Shown here: piece after piece, positions 22,302-33,425 of the stretch
How positions within the stretch are numbered: position 1 is the first letter of the stretch
Layout of the letters: each line of letters starts with the position of its first letter
NCBI GenBank assembly: GCA_034520965.1
Contig: JAXHMY010000009.1
Span: 224,557 to 288,556, forward strand
From: Spirochaetia bacterium
GTDB lineage: Bacteria; Spirochaetota; Spirochaetia; DSM-16054; Sediminispirochaetaceae
Direction: 5' to 3'
DNA: 64,000 nucleotides
Notes under the pieces: model-generated
Told to the model about the DNA's origin: nothing
What the model saw: the letters and a program-made list of their open reading frames with translations, nothing else
Database searches by the model: none
Position numbers and translations under genes: made by a program

Positions 22302-23365
22302 TACTTACCTCCCCTTAAACGAGTGCTAATGCTGCGAATAATACCGGGAGCCGCAACAAAAAGTATGACCAAGCCCTGGATAACAATGACGAGGTCGGAG
22401 GATATTTCGGTGGTCCGGTCCATTCTCAGTGCCCCTGCGTCTAGAGCCCCAAAGAGGATAGCCGAAAGCACCACCCCGAAGGGATGGTTTCGCCCGAGAA
22501 CCGCTACGGCAATACCGGTAAAGCCGAATCCAGGGGAATAGCCCTCGATAAAGCGGCCGTAGATGCCGTGCACGTGGGTTATTCCTGCCAGTGAGGCAAT
22601 TGACCCGCTTAAGGCCATAGCCAAAAAAGTGTTCTTTTTCCTGCCTATACCCCCTGCCTCTGCTGCGCTCGGGTTTTCTCCTACTGCACGTATTTCGTAT
22701 CCCCAGGAAGTTTTCCAGAGAAACCAATAGACAAAAAAAACCGCTGCTATGGCGATAAATAGTCCTGCAGAGAGCTGCGTTTTTTGAACTAACTTCGGGA
22801 GTTGTGCCGCTAATGGTAGCATATCAGTTTGAGCTACCATTCCGTCTGATTTGAAGGGATAGTTTACCAGGTAGGATGTGAGAAAAATCGCAACGTAGTT
22901 GAGCATGACGGTAACGATCACCTCATGGGTTTGGAAACGGGCCTTGAGAAAGCCTGGAATACCTCCCCAGAGAAAACCCACCGACATTCCGGAAAGAATT
23001 GATAGGGGTAGGAGTATGACAGCCGGAAGGAAGGGGAGGGAGAGCCCAACTATTACACCTGCTATGGAGCCGACGTAGAGCTGACCTTCAGCGCCGATGT
23101 TGAAGAGCCCGCAGCGGAAGGCGATGGCCACTGCAAGCCCGGTAAAGATGAGGGGAACTGTCTTGGTAAGTGTCCCTGCGATGCTGCGAACCGATCCGAA
23201 GGCTCCTGATAGGAGGGCTCCGTATGCCTCTACAGGCGAGTTCCCGAGGAAGAATACTATGATTGCACCCACCAAAAGAGCGAGTACTATGGAAAAGAGG
23301 GATATAATAATATCTTCTGTTATCAGTGAAACAGAGAGAGCTCGGTTTTTCACTTTGCTATTCAT
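22301..23365 (-). CDS. nucleoside ABC transporter permease
   Basis: FNIGAEGQ, EVIVTVMLNY, GFTGIAVAVLG. Confidence 0.9.
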   Translation of the reverse strand: MNSKVKNRALSVSLITEDIIISLFSIVLALLVGAIIVFFLGNSPVEAYGALLSGAFGSVRSIAGTLTKTVPLIFTGLAVAIAFRCGLFNIGAEGQLYVGSIAGVIVGLSLPFLPAVILLPLSILSGMSVGFLWGGIPGFLKARFQTHEVIVTVMLNYVAIFLTSYLVNYPFKSDGMVAQTDMLPLAAQLPKLVQKTQLSAGLFIAIAAVFFVYWFLWKTSWGYEIRAVGENPSAAEAGGIGRKKNTFLAMALSGSIASLAGITHVHGIYGRFIEGYSPGFGFTGIAVAVLGRNHPFGVVLSAILFGALDAGALRMDRTTEISSDLVIVIQGLVILFVAAPGIIRSISTRLRGGK

Positions 23366-24875
23366 TTGCTTTCTCCTCTGAGCCTGAGCCGGCCATGAGA
23401 AGACCTATTTCCCCTCTCGAAAAATTCTCACTTGCTTTAACATCCATAAATTCACCCTCGTAGAGTACTCCTATACGATCGCTGAGTTGCATTATTTCGC
23501 TTAGCTCTGCGGAGATAAGGAGAATTGCTTTCTTTTCACTGCGGAGTTCCATCAAGAGTTCGTAGACAAATTCGATCGCACCTACATCAAGACCACGGGT
23601 TGGCTGGGCGGCGAGTACGAAGACGGGGTCTCTGCTTATCTCTCTGCTAACAATCAGCTTTTGCTGATTGCCTCCAGAAAGGTATTTGATAAGCTGACTT
23701 GTGTCGGGGGTGCTAATTTTATACCGCATAACAGCTTCGGCGGTGTGTTTACTGAGACTTTTCTTTTGGATCTGTCCATGTTTGACAAATGGTTGAACAA
23801 AGTGATAGCCGAGAAGCATATTTTCTTCTAGCGAGAATCCATGCAGCATTGCTCGCTTGTGCCGGTCTGAGGGAATATACCCCATACCGGAAAGTTTACG
23901 CTTTTTTGTGCTAATCTGTGAAATATCAACTCCGTTGAGTTTGATTGAACCTCCATCTGAGGGGATGGGCCGCATACCCATCATCATCTCTTCGAGTTCG
24001 AGTTGACCATTTCCTTCTACTCCGGCAATACCGAAAATTTCACCCTCTGCGATGGAGAACGAAATAGTTTTATCGCTGTGCGGAAAGAGCTTGAGTCCCT
24101 CCACTTCTATGACTTTGGCACCCGGTTTCTGCGCCGATTTTTTTACATCGAAACTCACCTCTCTTCCCACCATGAGGAGGGCAAGTTCCCTGCGGTTGGT
24201 CGCCTCTTTCTCTCTCTCGGCAACCTTTTCTCCGTTTCTAAGGACTGTAATTCGGTCGGCGATATCCATAGTTTCTTTGAGCTTGTGGGTAATAAAGATG
24301 ATTGTCTTGTTCTGGTTTTTAAGCTCCTGAAGGGTGAGGAAGAGTTCGTCTACCTCTCCGGGGGTCAGTACGGCAGTAGGCTCATCGAGGATGAGAATAT
24401 CCGCTCCCCGATAGAGGGTTTTTATTATCTCAACCCTCTGCTTCTCTCCAACCGATAGGTCCGCGACAGGGCAGTCGAGGTCGATTTTAAAACGATACCG
24501 TTTTGCCAGCGCTCCAAGCTCTTTTCTTGCCTTTTTATAGTCGACCAAAAAGCGTCCTGTTTCCTTACCAAGGATGATATTCTCAAGAGCGGTCATACGG
24601 TTTACCAGCATAAAGTGCTGGTGAACCATTCCCATTCCCCGGGAGAGGGCATCTTTCGGGCTTGCAATGGCTGCCAACTTTCCTTTAATCAGTATCTCCC
24701 CTTCGTCCTGTTGGTAGAGGCCGAAGAGTATTTTCATGAGGGTGGTTTTACCAGCACCATTCTCTCCCAGCAGGCAGTGGATTTCTCTGCTTTTTACCAC
24801 AAAGTCAACAGATTTATTAGCTGTTACGGAGCCGAAATGTTTGGTAATACCCCTCATTTCGATTGCGGAATCCAT
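23358..24875 (-). CDS. nucleoside ABC transporter ATP-binding protein (two ATPase domains)
   Basis: GENGAGKT, VHQHFML, LDEPT, LSGGNQQK, QPTRGLD. Confidence 0.93.
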   Translation of the reverse strand: MDSAIEMRGITKHFGSVTANKSVDFVVKSREIHCLLGENGAGKTTLMKILFGLYQQDEGEILIKGKLAAIASPKDALSRGMGMVHQHFMLVNRMTALENIILGKETGRFLVDYKKARKELGALAKRYRFKIDLDCPVADLSVGEKQRVEIIKTLYRGADILILDEPTAVLTPGEVDELFLTLQELKNQNKTIIFITHKLKETMDIADRITVLRNGEKVAEREKEATNRRELALLMVGREVSFDVKKSAQKPGAKVIEVEGLKLFPHSDKTISFSIAEGEIFGIAGVEGNGQLELEEMMMGMRPIPSDGGSIKLNGVDISQISTKKRKLSGMGYIPSDRHKRAMLHGFSLEENMLLGYHFVQPFVKHGQIQKKSLSKHTAEAVMRYKISTPDTSQLIKYLSGGNQQKLIVSREISRDPVFVLAAQPTRGLDVGAIEFVYELLMELRSEKKAILLISAELSEIMQLSDRIGVLYEGEFMDVKASENFSRGEIGLLMAGSGSEEKANE

Positions 24876-24903
24876 GTCTTCCCCCAAAAATTTCAAAAGA
24901 GAG

Positions 24904-24926
24904 CCCGCCGGTTATTCCGGCGGGCG
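24904..24926. terminator. GC-rich stem-loop between BMP and ATPase genes
   Basis: GCCCGCCGG-ttatt-CCGGCGGGC. Confidence 0.55.
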
Positions 24927-24941
24927 GTGGTAAATGTTTTT

Positions 24942-26001
24942 CTATCTGTTCTTGCTGAGGAAATCCGAAACTTGGTCTATATCCGTAGGAACTACAATAC
25001 TTCCCTCTTCTATTTGGTCCTTTAGACTTTCGACTTGGGAGATTATATTTTCCGGGACATTAATGTTGCTTCCCTCAGTGCTGTAACCTATACCGCTTTC
25101 GGCAATGCCAAGAGCGTGCATACCAGGTTCAAAACTGTCATTGAGTACGCTTTTTACCGCCTGAAAACAGGCATTGTCTACACGTTTGAGCATGCTCGCA
25201 ATAATGTGATCTGGAGAAATACTGTTTTGATTGGAGTTCACTCCTATTGCATATTTAGCTTCCTCTTCCGCAGCTTTGAAAACACCAAGGCCTGAACCTC
25301 CCGCAGCGTGGTAGATGATATCGGCATCTCTTGAATACATGGTGTTGGATATCTCTTTTGCTGTGGTGGGATCACTCCATCCACCCACATAGTTGGAGAG
25401 AATCTCCATTTCGGGGTATACATATTTAGCCCCTGCCATATATCCGGCCACGAACTTCCTGATAAGAGGTATATCCATTCCTCCGACCACTCCAGTCACG
25501 GCGGACTTGTTGAGTCCAGGCAGAGCCTGTTCTTTTTCGATTAGTCCTGCAATGGCACCTACGAGAAAAGATCCCTGCTCCTCTTTGGAAACATATGAAG
25601 CCACATTCGGCTTATCCACCACCATGTCGATGATGGCGAAATTCTGTTCGGGATAATCCTCGGCTACTTTTGCAAGAGCATCAGCCTGGTCGAAGCCTAC
25701 ACAGATGATGAGTCCATACTCGCCGGTGTCGGCCATATCTCTCTGGTACACCTCATAGTCGGCGATTTCCTTCGGTTCGACGTAGTCGAAACGAATGTCG
25801 AGCTCTTCCTCTGCACGTTCCAACCCCTGATAGGTGAGATCGTTGAAGGACTGGTCTCCTGAACCCCCAGGTAGCAAGAATGAGGGCAAACTTTCCGCTT
25901 CCTTCACCCTTCTGTTCTTCTGATTGCCCGCCTGCAAAGACCATTGTCGTAAGACCGGTCAAAACCACGAGCGTGAAAATTGTGAGAAGTGTTTTTTTCA
26001 T
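24942..26001 (-). CDS. BMP-family nucleoside-binding protein (frameshift near 25870)
   Basis: signal peptide ending FAGGQSE, GDQSFND, EEQGSFLVG, AAGGSGLG, SMLKRVD. Confidence 0.88.
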
Positions 26002-26071
26002 TTCTACCTCTCCTCCTTTTATTTAGTGCCTTGTATTGTATGCGCAGATTATACAATCAGCGCTGTAAGCC

Positions 26072-27281
26072 TTATTTTCCCATGAGCTCCTCTTCAGCTC
26101 GATGGATATCTATTTTCTCTGTGTGTTCAGGAAGGATGTATTTTGCCGTTTCCTCATCTGATACGAGCACATCAATCAGCCCTGCATGCAAAGCAGCCAT
26201 GATAGCCCTCTTTTTGGTGGCTTCTGCCACGCAGATGATTGTATTATGCCGGTTTTCAAAAACTTTTTTTGAAACACCTATAACACGGTTATCTATCTCA
26301 TCCTCGATAAAGTCTCCTTTATCATTGAAAAAATGACCAAGTATCTCTCCTACGGCACCCTTTTCTCTGAGTCTCCTATAGGTAGTTGCATCTATGACTC
26401 CATTGGTAACAATACTAGAATTGGAATCGAGATTTCCCAGAGAGATAAGGAGCAGCTTCGGCTTTCCTCTCCGGTTTCGATAGCAGAGGCTATCGAAGGC
26501 TCCTTTTTGAGAATGCTTGCAGTTGTCTCTGCTTTCGACTATTGCCGGTGAGAGAATCTGTGAAAACTCCATGTTCATCTTAACCGCCAGTTTGGCTGTA
26601 GCCAGATGTGGGCTTAAATTGGAGTGACCATTGAGACCTCCAATAAGGGTTGCAGGCCTTACATTAACGTCTGTGGTACTGATAAAGTGGTCTATAACCT
26701 GTGCCACTGTTCCCCCCCAACCAACACCAATGATCTCCTGGTCAAGTGAGCGCGTACTCATTTCGCAAGTAGGCTGCTCCCGCCTGGGCAATCGATTTTC
26801 CCTTTTCCTCGTTATGGTGCATCACTTCCGGGACGATAAGGGCATCTCGGATTCTAAATTTGTGTACAATCTCCCTCTCGATTTCGAATAAATTGTAGTT
26901 GGGGTGTTTGATAAAGAACTGGATAATCTCCTGATCTCGGGCCTTCTCTAGTAGGCGCTGAACTTTTGGTCGAGATATTAGCAGTTTGTCTGCGATTTCT
27001 TGCTGGTTAAGCTGCTTTATATAGTAGAGCCAGGCGATACGGCTTATTAGATCCATATTACTGTAGTGAGCTTTGTCGGTCTTAATTTCGATATTTTCGT
27101 TCGGCTGTTTGACGTAGAACTGGATAATCTGCTGATTTCTTGATCGTTCGAGGAGTCTTTGTACTTTTGGTCGTGATATCGAAAGCCGCTGTGCAATCTG
27201 CTGTTGGTTGAGCTCTTTGATATAGTAGAGCCAGGCAACACGTACAATAATATCCTTGTCGTTGAAAGATTCGTCAGCCAT
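26072..27281 (-). CDS. SorC/DeoR-type sugar-binding regulator with two tandem N-terminal HTH domains; frameshift near 26745
   Basis: two copies of AWLYYIKxLNQQxIAxxLxISRPKVQRLLE; GVGWGGT, GAVGEILGHFF, LVSDEETA in the effector domain. Confidence 0.85.
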
Positions 27282-27303
27282 GCGCGCTCCGTTGAAATAA
27301 TGC

Positions 27304-27344
27304 TCACTCATCGATCATTTGTTGAACATATGATCGATGAGTGA
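27304..27344. promoter_or_regulatory. 41-bp near-perfect palindrome, candidate operator
   Basis: TCACTCATCGATCAT-tTGTTgAACAt-ATGATCGATGAGTGA between promoter and start codon. Confidence 0.7.
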
Positions 27345-27354
27345 ATATTTGTTT

Positions 27355-27382
27355 ATTCTATCATGGTATATTGTCCTGTCAA
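27355..27382 (-). promoter_or_regulatory. promoter TTGACA-N16-TAGAAT with extended -10 TGn
   Basis: read on minus strand upstream of the regulator. Confidence 0.65.
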
Positions 27383-27611
27383 GCGAAGATTAGAGATTTT
27401 CAATGGTGGGCAATGAAGTGCAGCTTATTAGCTTGGAGGAGGTGAAAAAATCATTTCTATGTATAGGACCATAACCAGCTGGTAGCCGTCGCACAGATAG
27501 GTACCGAAAAAACTCGTGAAAGTCTCCGGCCGCCATAACGGCGGCCATAACACCGATCTAAAAACCCAGTTCCAGCAGCCAGGCCGAGAGCAGCTTTTCT
27601 TGGAGTTCTCT

Positions 27612-30152
27612 TTAGTCCTCCAGAGGAAAGCGGACGGTAAATACCGGATACGGCTGCTTCTGCACTTCTATAGTCCCCTTTATCTGCTGTACCAAGGTAG
27701 AAACCAGTTGTAAACCCAGTGTTTCAGGATGCTCCAATTTGATTTCTTCGGGAAAGGGGTTGCCGGTATTCGAGAGGGTGAGGATGTGTTGGCCGTTCTC
27801 TTCATCTTTAGTGAGACTTACGGTAAAGCGCGCCTCTTCGCCGGGGGTAAATCCATATTTGATTGCATTAGTAGCTATTTCGTTTACCAGCAAGCCCAGT
27901 GGCATCGCAGTCTTTGTGGGAATGATTGTCTGTTCAATAGTATTGACAATGTGTACATCACGATCGGCGGTAGAATAGAACACGGCCTCTAGGAGCTTCT
28001 GAAAATAGTCTTTTACTTCAATCCGGTCTACCTCATTGTGCTGATGGAGTTTCTCGTGGACTAAGCTGATTACCTCGATTCTTTTTTTTAGGTCGGATAA
28101 ATCAAATTCAGTTTCAGAATTTTTTAGACTGATAAGCGAGGAAACCATGGCGAGGTTGTTTTTTACTCGGTGGTTGAGCTCCCGCATTAGAAAATCCTTT
28201 TCTTCAATTGCTTTTTGTAGTTGGGACTCGTTTTTCTTACGTTCGCTGATATCGGCGTGTGTACCGATAACCCGCAGGGGCTTGCCCTCCTGCGACCATT
28301 CGATTACCTTTCCTCTGTCTAATATCCATTTATATTCACCGTTTTTGCACCTCACACGGTGTTCGTTTCTATAATAAGGGGCTTTTCCGCTCAGATGCGC
28401 CTCTATATCGGCGAAGCACCTTTCACGGTCCTCCGGATGAATGCGGCTCTCCCATTCATCCAGAGTATCTCCAACCTCATCCTCGTTATAACCAAGCATC
28501 TCCTTCCACTGCCGTGAGAAAAACACTTTGTCCGTCTCTGCATTCCAGTCCCACACACCGTCTCCGGCTCCTTCGAGGGCAAACTGCCAGCGCGCTTCGC
28601 TCTCTTCAAGCCTTTTCTCCGCTCTCCGCCGTTCGCTTATGTCCCTGACAAACTCGATTACTCCTTTATCTTTCCCGTTTCCGCATCGACAAGGGGATAG
28701 CTGAAGAGCTCGACCCATTTCACCGGAGAGTTAATGTCTGCTTCGACCGGCACAATATCCGTCTCGGTTCTGCCGGTTTTCATACAGCGAAGGGAGGGAC
28801 AGGGATCACAGGGTGTATCTCTGTTATGATACGCAGAGTAGCAGCGGCTGCCGATCAGGGGCAAATTGGAGGCATACCACTTTTCCATAACCGGGTTTAC
28901 ATATCTTATGGAAAGGTCGGTATCCAACACACTTATTCCGTCTTGGATGCTCATAAAAACCGCATCCAGAAACTCCTTCGACTCTTTGAGCTGCTGGTTT
29001 TTCCTGTATTCCTCCGTTACATCACGGAAAACCAGTACCACCCCGTGCATCTCTCCCGTATCACCCTGTATGGGCGCGGCACTGTCGGCAATTTGATACT
29101 CCTCCCCCGTTTTTGAGATCAGCAGGGTATGATTTGCAAGCCCCACGATACTACCTGTTTCCATCACCCTCTTGACGGGGGATTCGAAACTCTGTCGGGT
29201 ATGTGCATTTACAATGCGGAATACCTCTTCAAGGGGTCTCCCCGCAGCCTTTTCTATCGACCACCCGCATAAGCTTTCCGCTATAGGATTCATGCGGATT
29301 ATATTTCCCCGGCTGTCCGTGGCTATAACTGCATCTCCTATAGAGTTCAGGGTAATGTGAAGGTTCTGTTCACGTATTTTTAACTTTTCTTCCGCTTGCT
29401 TGCGTTCGGTGATGTCCTCGTGAGTTCCGACAAAGCGATGGGGCACACCATTTTGATCAATATAATATAAATTGCCCTTACCCTTTATCCATTTCCAGTT
29501 GCCTGATTTGGTCTGCATGCGGAACTCAAGCTCAAAGGCCTGCCCGTGTTTCAGCTTCTCCCTTACAGTTTCTAGAGCATGCTCTTTGTCTTCAGGATGC
29601 AGAAGTTTCTCCCATGTACGGTAATCTCCCGGCAGCTCGTCAGGCTCATAACCAAGCATTTCACAGTACTTTGGGCTGAAATAGGCTTTATTAGTATCCA
29701 GGTCCCAATCCCAATAGCCGTGGTTCTCGGCATCCATTGCCAGGTTCAGCTGCTCTTCCTTATCCTGCAGCCTCTTGCGCGAATCAAACAGTTGAAAAGC
29801 CATCTGGATGGATTCACGGATTACGAACTGCACCGCTGTTTTTCAGCACATATCCGTAGCCCGTGATGGATTTTACTTTATCGACATACTCTTTTTCCGA
29901 GTGGCTGGTCAGGAATACTATAGGAAGATCGTGGGTTTTAAGGATTCTTTGGGCAGCTTCAGTGCCGTCCATCCCTTGCCCGAGGTCTATGTCCATTAAA
30001 ACAAGTGATATTTCCGGGTCGGATTCCACCGCCGTTATAGAATCTTCACCATTATAGACAGTTACTACCTCGTAGCCGTAGGATTTGAGCAGTTTGGTTT
30101 CGGACATAGCAATGAGAGCCTGATCTTCAACTAAAAGTATTTTTTTTGTCAT
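27612..30152 (-). CDS. receiver-multi-PAS-HisKA_2 histidine kinase, two frameshifts (~29820, ~28670)
   Basis: ILLVED, LMDIDL, VFLTSH; PAS motifs WDWD/HPED; ELNHRVKNN, NEIATNAIKY, LGLQLV. Confidence 0.88.
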
Positions 30153-30329
30153 AAACCACCTAATTGCACTTAAATATAATAGAGAGTATAAAGCCCGCTG
30201 TGTAGTTTTACAATGCATAAATGCAGCAGGGAAAATGAGCAGTGAAAAAGAGGGCGCATCCCCCCCTTGTCTTACAGGGGTAAAAGACGTAGCCTACTCA
30301 TACAAAGCTATATACATGAGGAGGGTCCC

Positions 30330-31844
30330 ATGGCCGAAATACACGAGGCAATATCCAGAACTTTTGACGAGTATCTTCTGCTTCCCGGGCTTACTGCAAA
30401 AGAACATTACCCTGAACAGGTGTCGTTGAAAGTCCCGGCGGCAAAATATCGGCCGGGTAAGGAAGAACCCTGTTGGCTGGGCATTCCCTTTACAAGTGCG
30501 GCGATGCAAGCGGTTTCGGGGCCTGATCTGGCCATAGCTCTGGCGCGGAAGGGGGGCTGCGCATTTACCTATTGCAGCCAGCCGGTTGAGGAGCATGCGG
30601 CGATGGTGCGGAAGGTAAAGGAGCACAAAGCCGGCTTTGTCGACTCCGACTCCAATATTGCGCCGGAAGATCCCCTGGCAAAGGCTATTGCTTTGAGCAA
30701 AAAAACCGGGCATTCTACCATTGCCGTGACCGAAGGCGGCGGGCGGCATTCGCGGCTCTTGGGAATACTCACGGACAAGGATTACTGGGAGACAAAAGAC
30801 GATCCCAAGCTTCCGGTCCGTGACTATTTTACCCCCCTCGAGAGGCTTGTGTGTGCCAAAGAGGGAGTCTCTCTGGAGGAGGCCACGGAAATACTGCATA
30901 AGGAAAAAAAGGAGTGTCTGCCGATTGTCGATGAGTCGGGCAACCTGGCATCACTCGTGTTTCGCAAGGATTATTTCGACCATAAGGCCAATCCGCTGGA
31001 ACTTACCGATGAAAAAAAGCGTCTGTTCGTGGGCGCCGCGCTGAACACCCATGACTACCTTAAGCGGGCTGAAGCCCTGATAGAAGCGGAGGCGGATCTT
31101 TTCTGTTTCGACTCCTCCGACGGGTACTCCGAGTGGCAAAAGGAGGCAGCCCTGCAGCTCCGAGGGCGTTACGGCCGGAATATCATCCTGGGCGGTGGCA
31201 ATGTGGTAAGTGCCGACGGCTTTCGTTTCCTGGTCGAAGAGGCGGACCTTGATTTTGTGAAAGTGGGCATTGGCGGGGGCTCTATTTGTATTACCCGCGA
31301 ACAGAAGGGTATCGGCCGGGGGCAGGCATCGGCGGTTATTGAAGTCGCCGCAGAACGCGACCGGTACTTTCAGGAAACCGGAATTTACGTGCCTATCTGT
31401 TCGGACGGAGGGCTGAACAACGATACCAACATTATAATGGCCCTTGCCCTGGGGGCCGATTTTGTGATGATGGGCAGATATTTCGCCATGACCGAAGAGA
31501 GTCCCACCCCCAAGGTCAACTACCGCGGAATGCTGTATAAACCCTACTGGGGCGAAGGATCCTCCCGGGCCAGAAACTGGCAGCGCTACAAGGAAAGCGA
31601 TAAAGATGAAGACGCAATGTTCTTCGAAGAGGGGGTGGATGCCTATGTCCCCTACAGCGGATCCCTCGCGGCTAAGATGGATACTAGCCTTGCAAAGCTG
31701 CGCTCGACTATGTGCAATCTAGGGGTCCTGTCTATGGACGACCTGCACAAAAACGCCCGTGCCGTGCGGGTATCCGCCATGACCCTGGTAGAGAGCGGAA
31801 CAAGCAGGGTGGAGCAGTTCGAGAGAATGCCCACCGAGCAGTAG
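30330..31844 (+). CDS. guaB: IMP dehydrogenase (CBS-containing)
   Basis: SRTFDEYLLLPG, VGIGGGSICITR, SDGG, YWGEGS, EEGVD. Confidence 0.93.
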   Translation: MAEIHEAISRTFDEYLLLPGLTAKEHYPEQVSLKVPAAKYRPGKEEPCWLGIPFTSAAMQAVSGPDLAIALARKGGCAFTYCSQPVEEHAAMVRKVKEHKAGFVDSDSNIAPEDPLAKAIALSKKTGHSTIAVTEGGGRHSRLLGILTDKDYWETKDDPKLPVRDYFTPLERLVCAKEGVSLEEATEILHKEKKECLPIVDESGNLASLVFRKDYFDHKANPLELTDEKKRLFVGAALNTHDYLKRAEALIEAEADLFCFDSSDGYSEWQKEAALQLRGRYGRNIILGGGNVVSADGFRFLVEEADLDFVKVGIGGGSICITREQKGIGRGQASAVIEVAAERDRYFQETGIYVPICSDGGLNNDTNIIMALALGADFVMMGRYFAMTEESPTPKVNYRGMLYKPYWGEGSSRARNWQRYKESDKDEDAMFFEEGVDAYVPYSGSLAAKMDTSLAKLRSTMCNLGVLSMDDLHKNARAVRVSAMTLVESGTSRVEQFERMPTEQ

Positions 31845-31885
31845 GCCATGGTTCCATCGGAAGAAGTAAGGATTCTGCCGCAGGA

Positions 31886-31925
31886 ATTCTAATTTTGGAA
31901 GTCTTTTGACTTCCAAAATTAGAAT
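31886..31925. repeat. REP-like perfect hairpin, copy 1
   Basis: ATTCTAATTTTGGAAGTC-tttt-GACTTCCAAAATTAGAAT. Confidence 0.85.
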
Positions 31926-31974
31926 AACCTCAAACCCTTTAAGCTAATTTACTTATCTTAAACAAAATGTGAGC

Positions 31975-32017
31975 ATTCGCAATTTGAAAATTTTCAAAAA
32001 ATTTTCAAATTGCGAAT
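31975..32017. repeat. second AT-rich perfect hairpin
   Basis: ATTCGCAATTTGAAAATTTT-caa-AAAATTTTCAAATTGCGAAT. Confidence 0.8.
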
Positions 32018-32058
32018 TGCTGATTCTGCCGTCTTATTGAATATTTCTGTGCTATACT

Positions 32059-33154
32059 GTGGTTATGCTTATACGAGTTTCCCTGTACAGGATTCTCATT
32101 CTTGTTGTTTTGCTCCTGTTGTTGGGAGCAATTCCTTCCTGGGCTCAGAAGAGGGCCCTGTCGGCAGACGAAGTGGAACCGATCCGACGGGATGCGGGAT
32201 GGAGAAGATATCTATTTTCTCAGTTCCTATTCCCTCTATCTGCCCGGGAAAGTGATTATACCCATGTTCATAGTGACCAATGCACGTTACCTGTACCGCG
32301 ACTTGAGCCTCTACCGAATTTCCGGCGGCGGGCGTGATAAACTGGAGCGCCTCTGGAGCTGTGGGTCCGGAGGTTTCCGGAAAGTAGGAAACCTGAAAAG
32401 CTGCCGCTATGCCCGCTCCGGGGATAAGTCTATTTCAGTTGGAGCGGCGGCTGGGACAAGGAAAAGAATGAAGGTATACACCGGGTCCTTGAATATGATC
32501 TGCTTACATCCGAAGCCCGGTTTTTCAAGGATGCGAGGTTGCTCGGAGAAATCTCGGAAGTCCTCGATGGTACCAGCATCCCGATAGACTCAAACAATCC
32601 GAAGCGTGGGGGCGGCCGGTCTGCAGCCCTTGAGCGAATGGGAGCTGCCCTCTCCCCTGGAGTACAGCTCGAGAAATCCAAGGTTCTTGAAAAAGGTTAT
32701 TATGGACCAGAAAGCTGATCGCCGGTTCAGATCCGACGCATTGGCCGAGCTGGATGCCCGGGGAGAATTGAAAACACTGCGTAAAATGCTCGCGGAGTTT
32801 GAGAAGGTCGATGATGGTACGAAAGGGATTTACAGCACAAAGTGGGAGGTATTGATACGGATGAGCGCGACCCTGAGGGGCGATAGCCCTCCGGATATCT
32901 TCAGCTCCGCCTTCGACAATGATGCCGCAGCGCTCAAAGGCTTCCTCGATGCAGGGGCGGATCCGAACAGCTCGGACGAGGCGGGTAGTACTCTTTTGAT
33001 GTATGCAGTTTTGGGCGAGGCACCCGATACCATGACCCTGCTCTTCGAAGCGGGCGCCGACCCCCAAAAAGAAACCAAGGCAGGAAAGTTCCCCTGGCTC
33101 TACGCTGCGTTGGGCCCCCTGCGGCAGCGATTCCTCAAGCTGTGGGGGAAATAG
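32059..33154 (+). pseudogene. exported protein with C-terminal ankyrin repeats, multiply frameshifted
   Basis: signal-peptide-like start; FLDAGADPN..GSTLLMYAV..LLFEAGADP in ORF 32606-33154. Confidence 0.55.
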
Positions 33155-33425
33155 AGTAGAACCGCGAAATAGTTGGCATGTAGATACATTCATTACTGTG
33201 ATTTCAGGCCATTATGGTTTTGTTTTGGTCTATTTGCCCGGTTTGAAGGATTGTGGCGTGCGACAGGTTATACCGGTTAACTCGGGGAAAGCGATTTTTC
33301 CAGTTTTGGCCTTGTGCCCCTCGATTATTTTTCCTAACTTTTTATGGTAGGGTGGACGAACGGGGTATTGAACGGGAGTTTTGGGGGAGATTGTAGACAC
33401 CTGGTTCGCTGCACGGAGGTGCATT

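Noticed and set aside
27301..27420. Purine or other riboswitch upstream of the nucleoside operon
   Set aside because: No riboswitch consensus seen; the palindrome is better explained as an operator.
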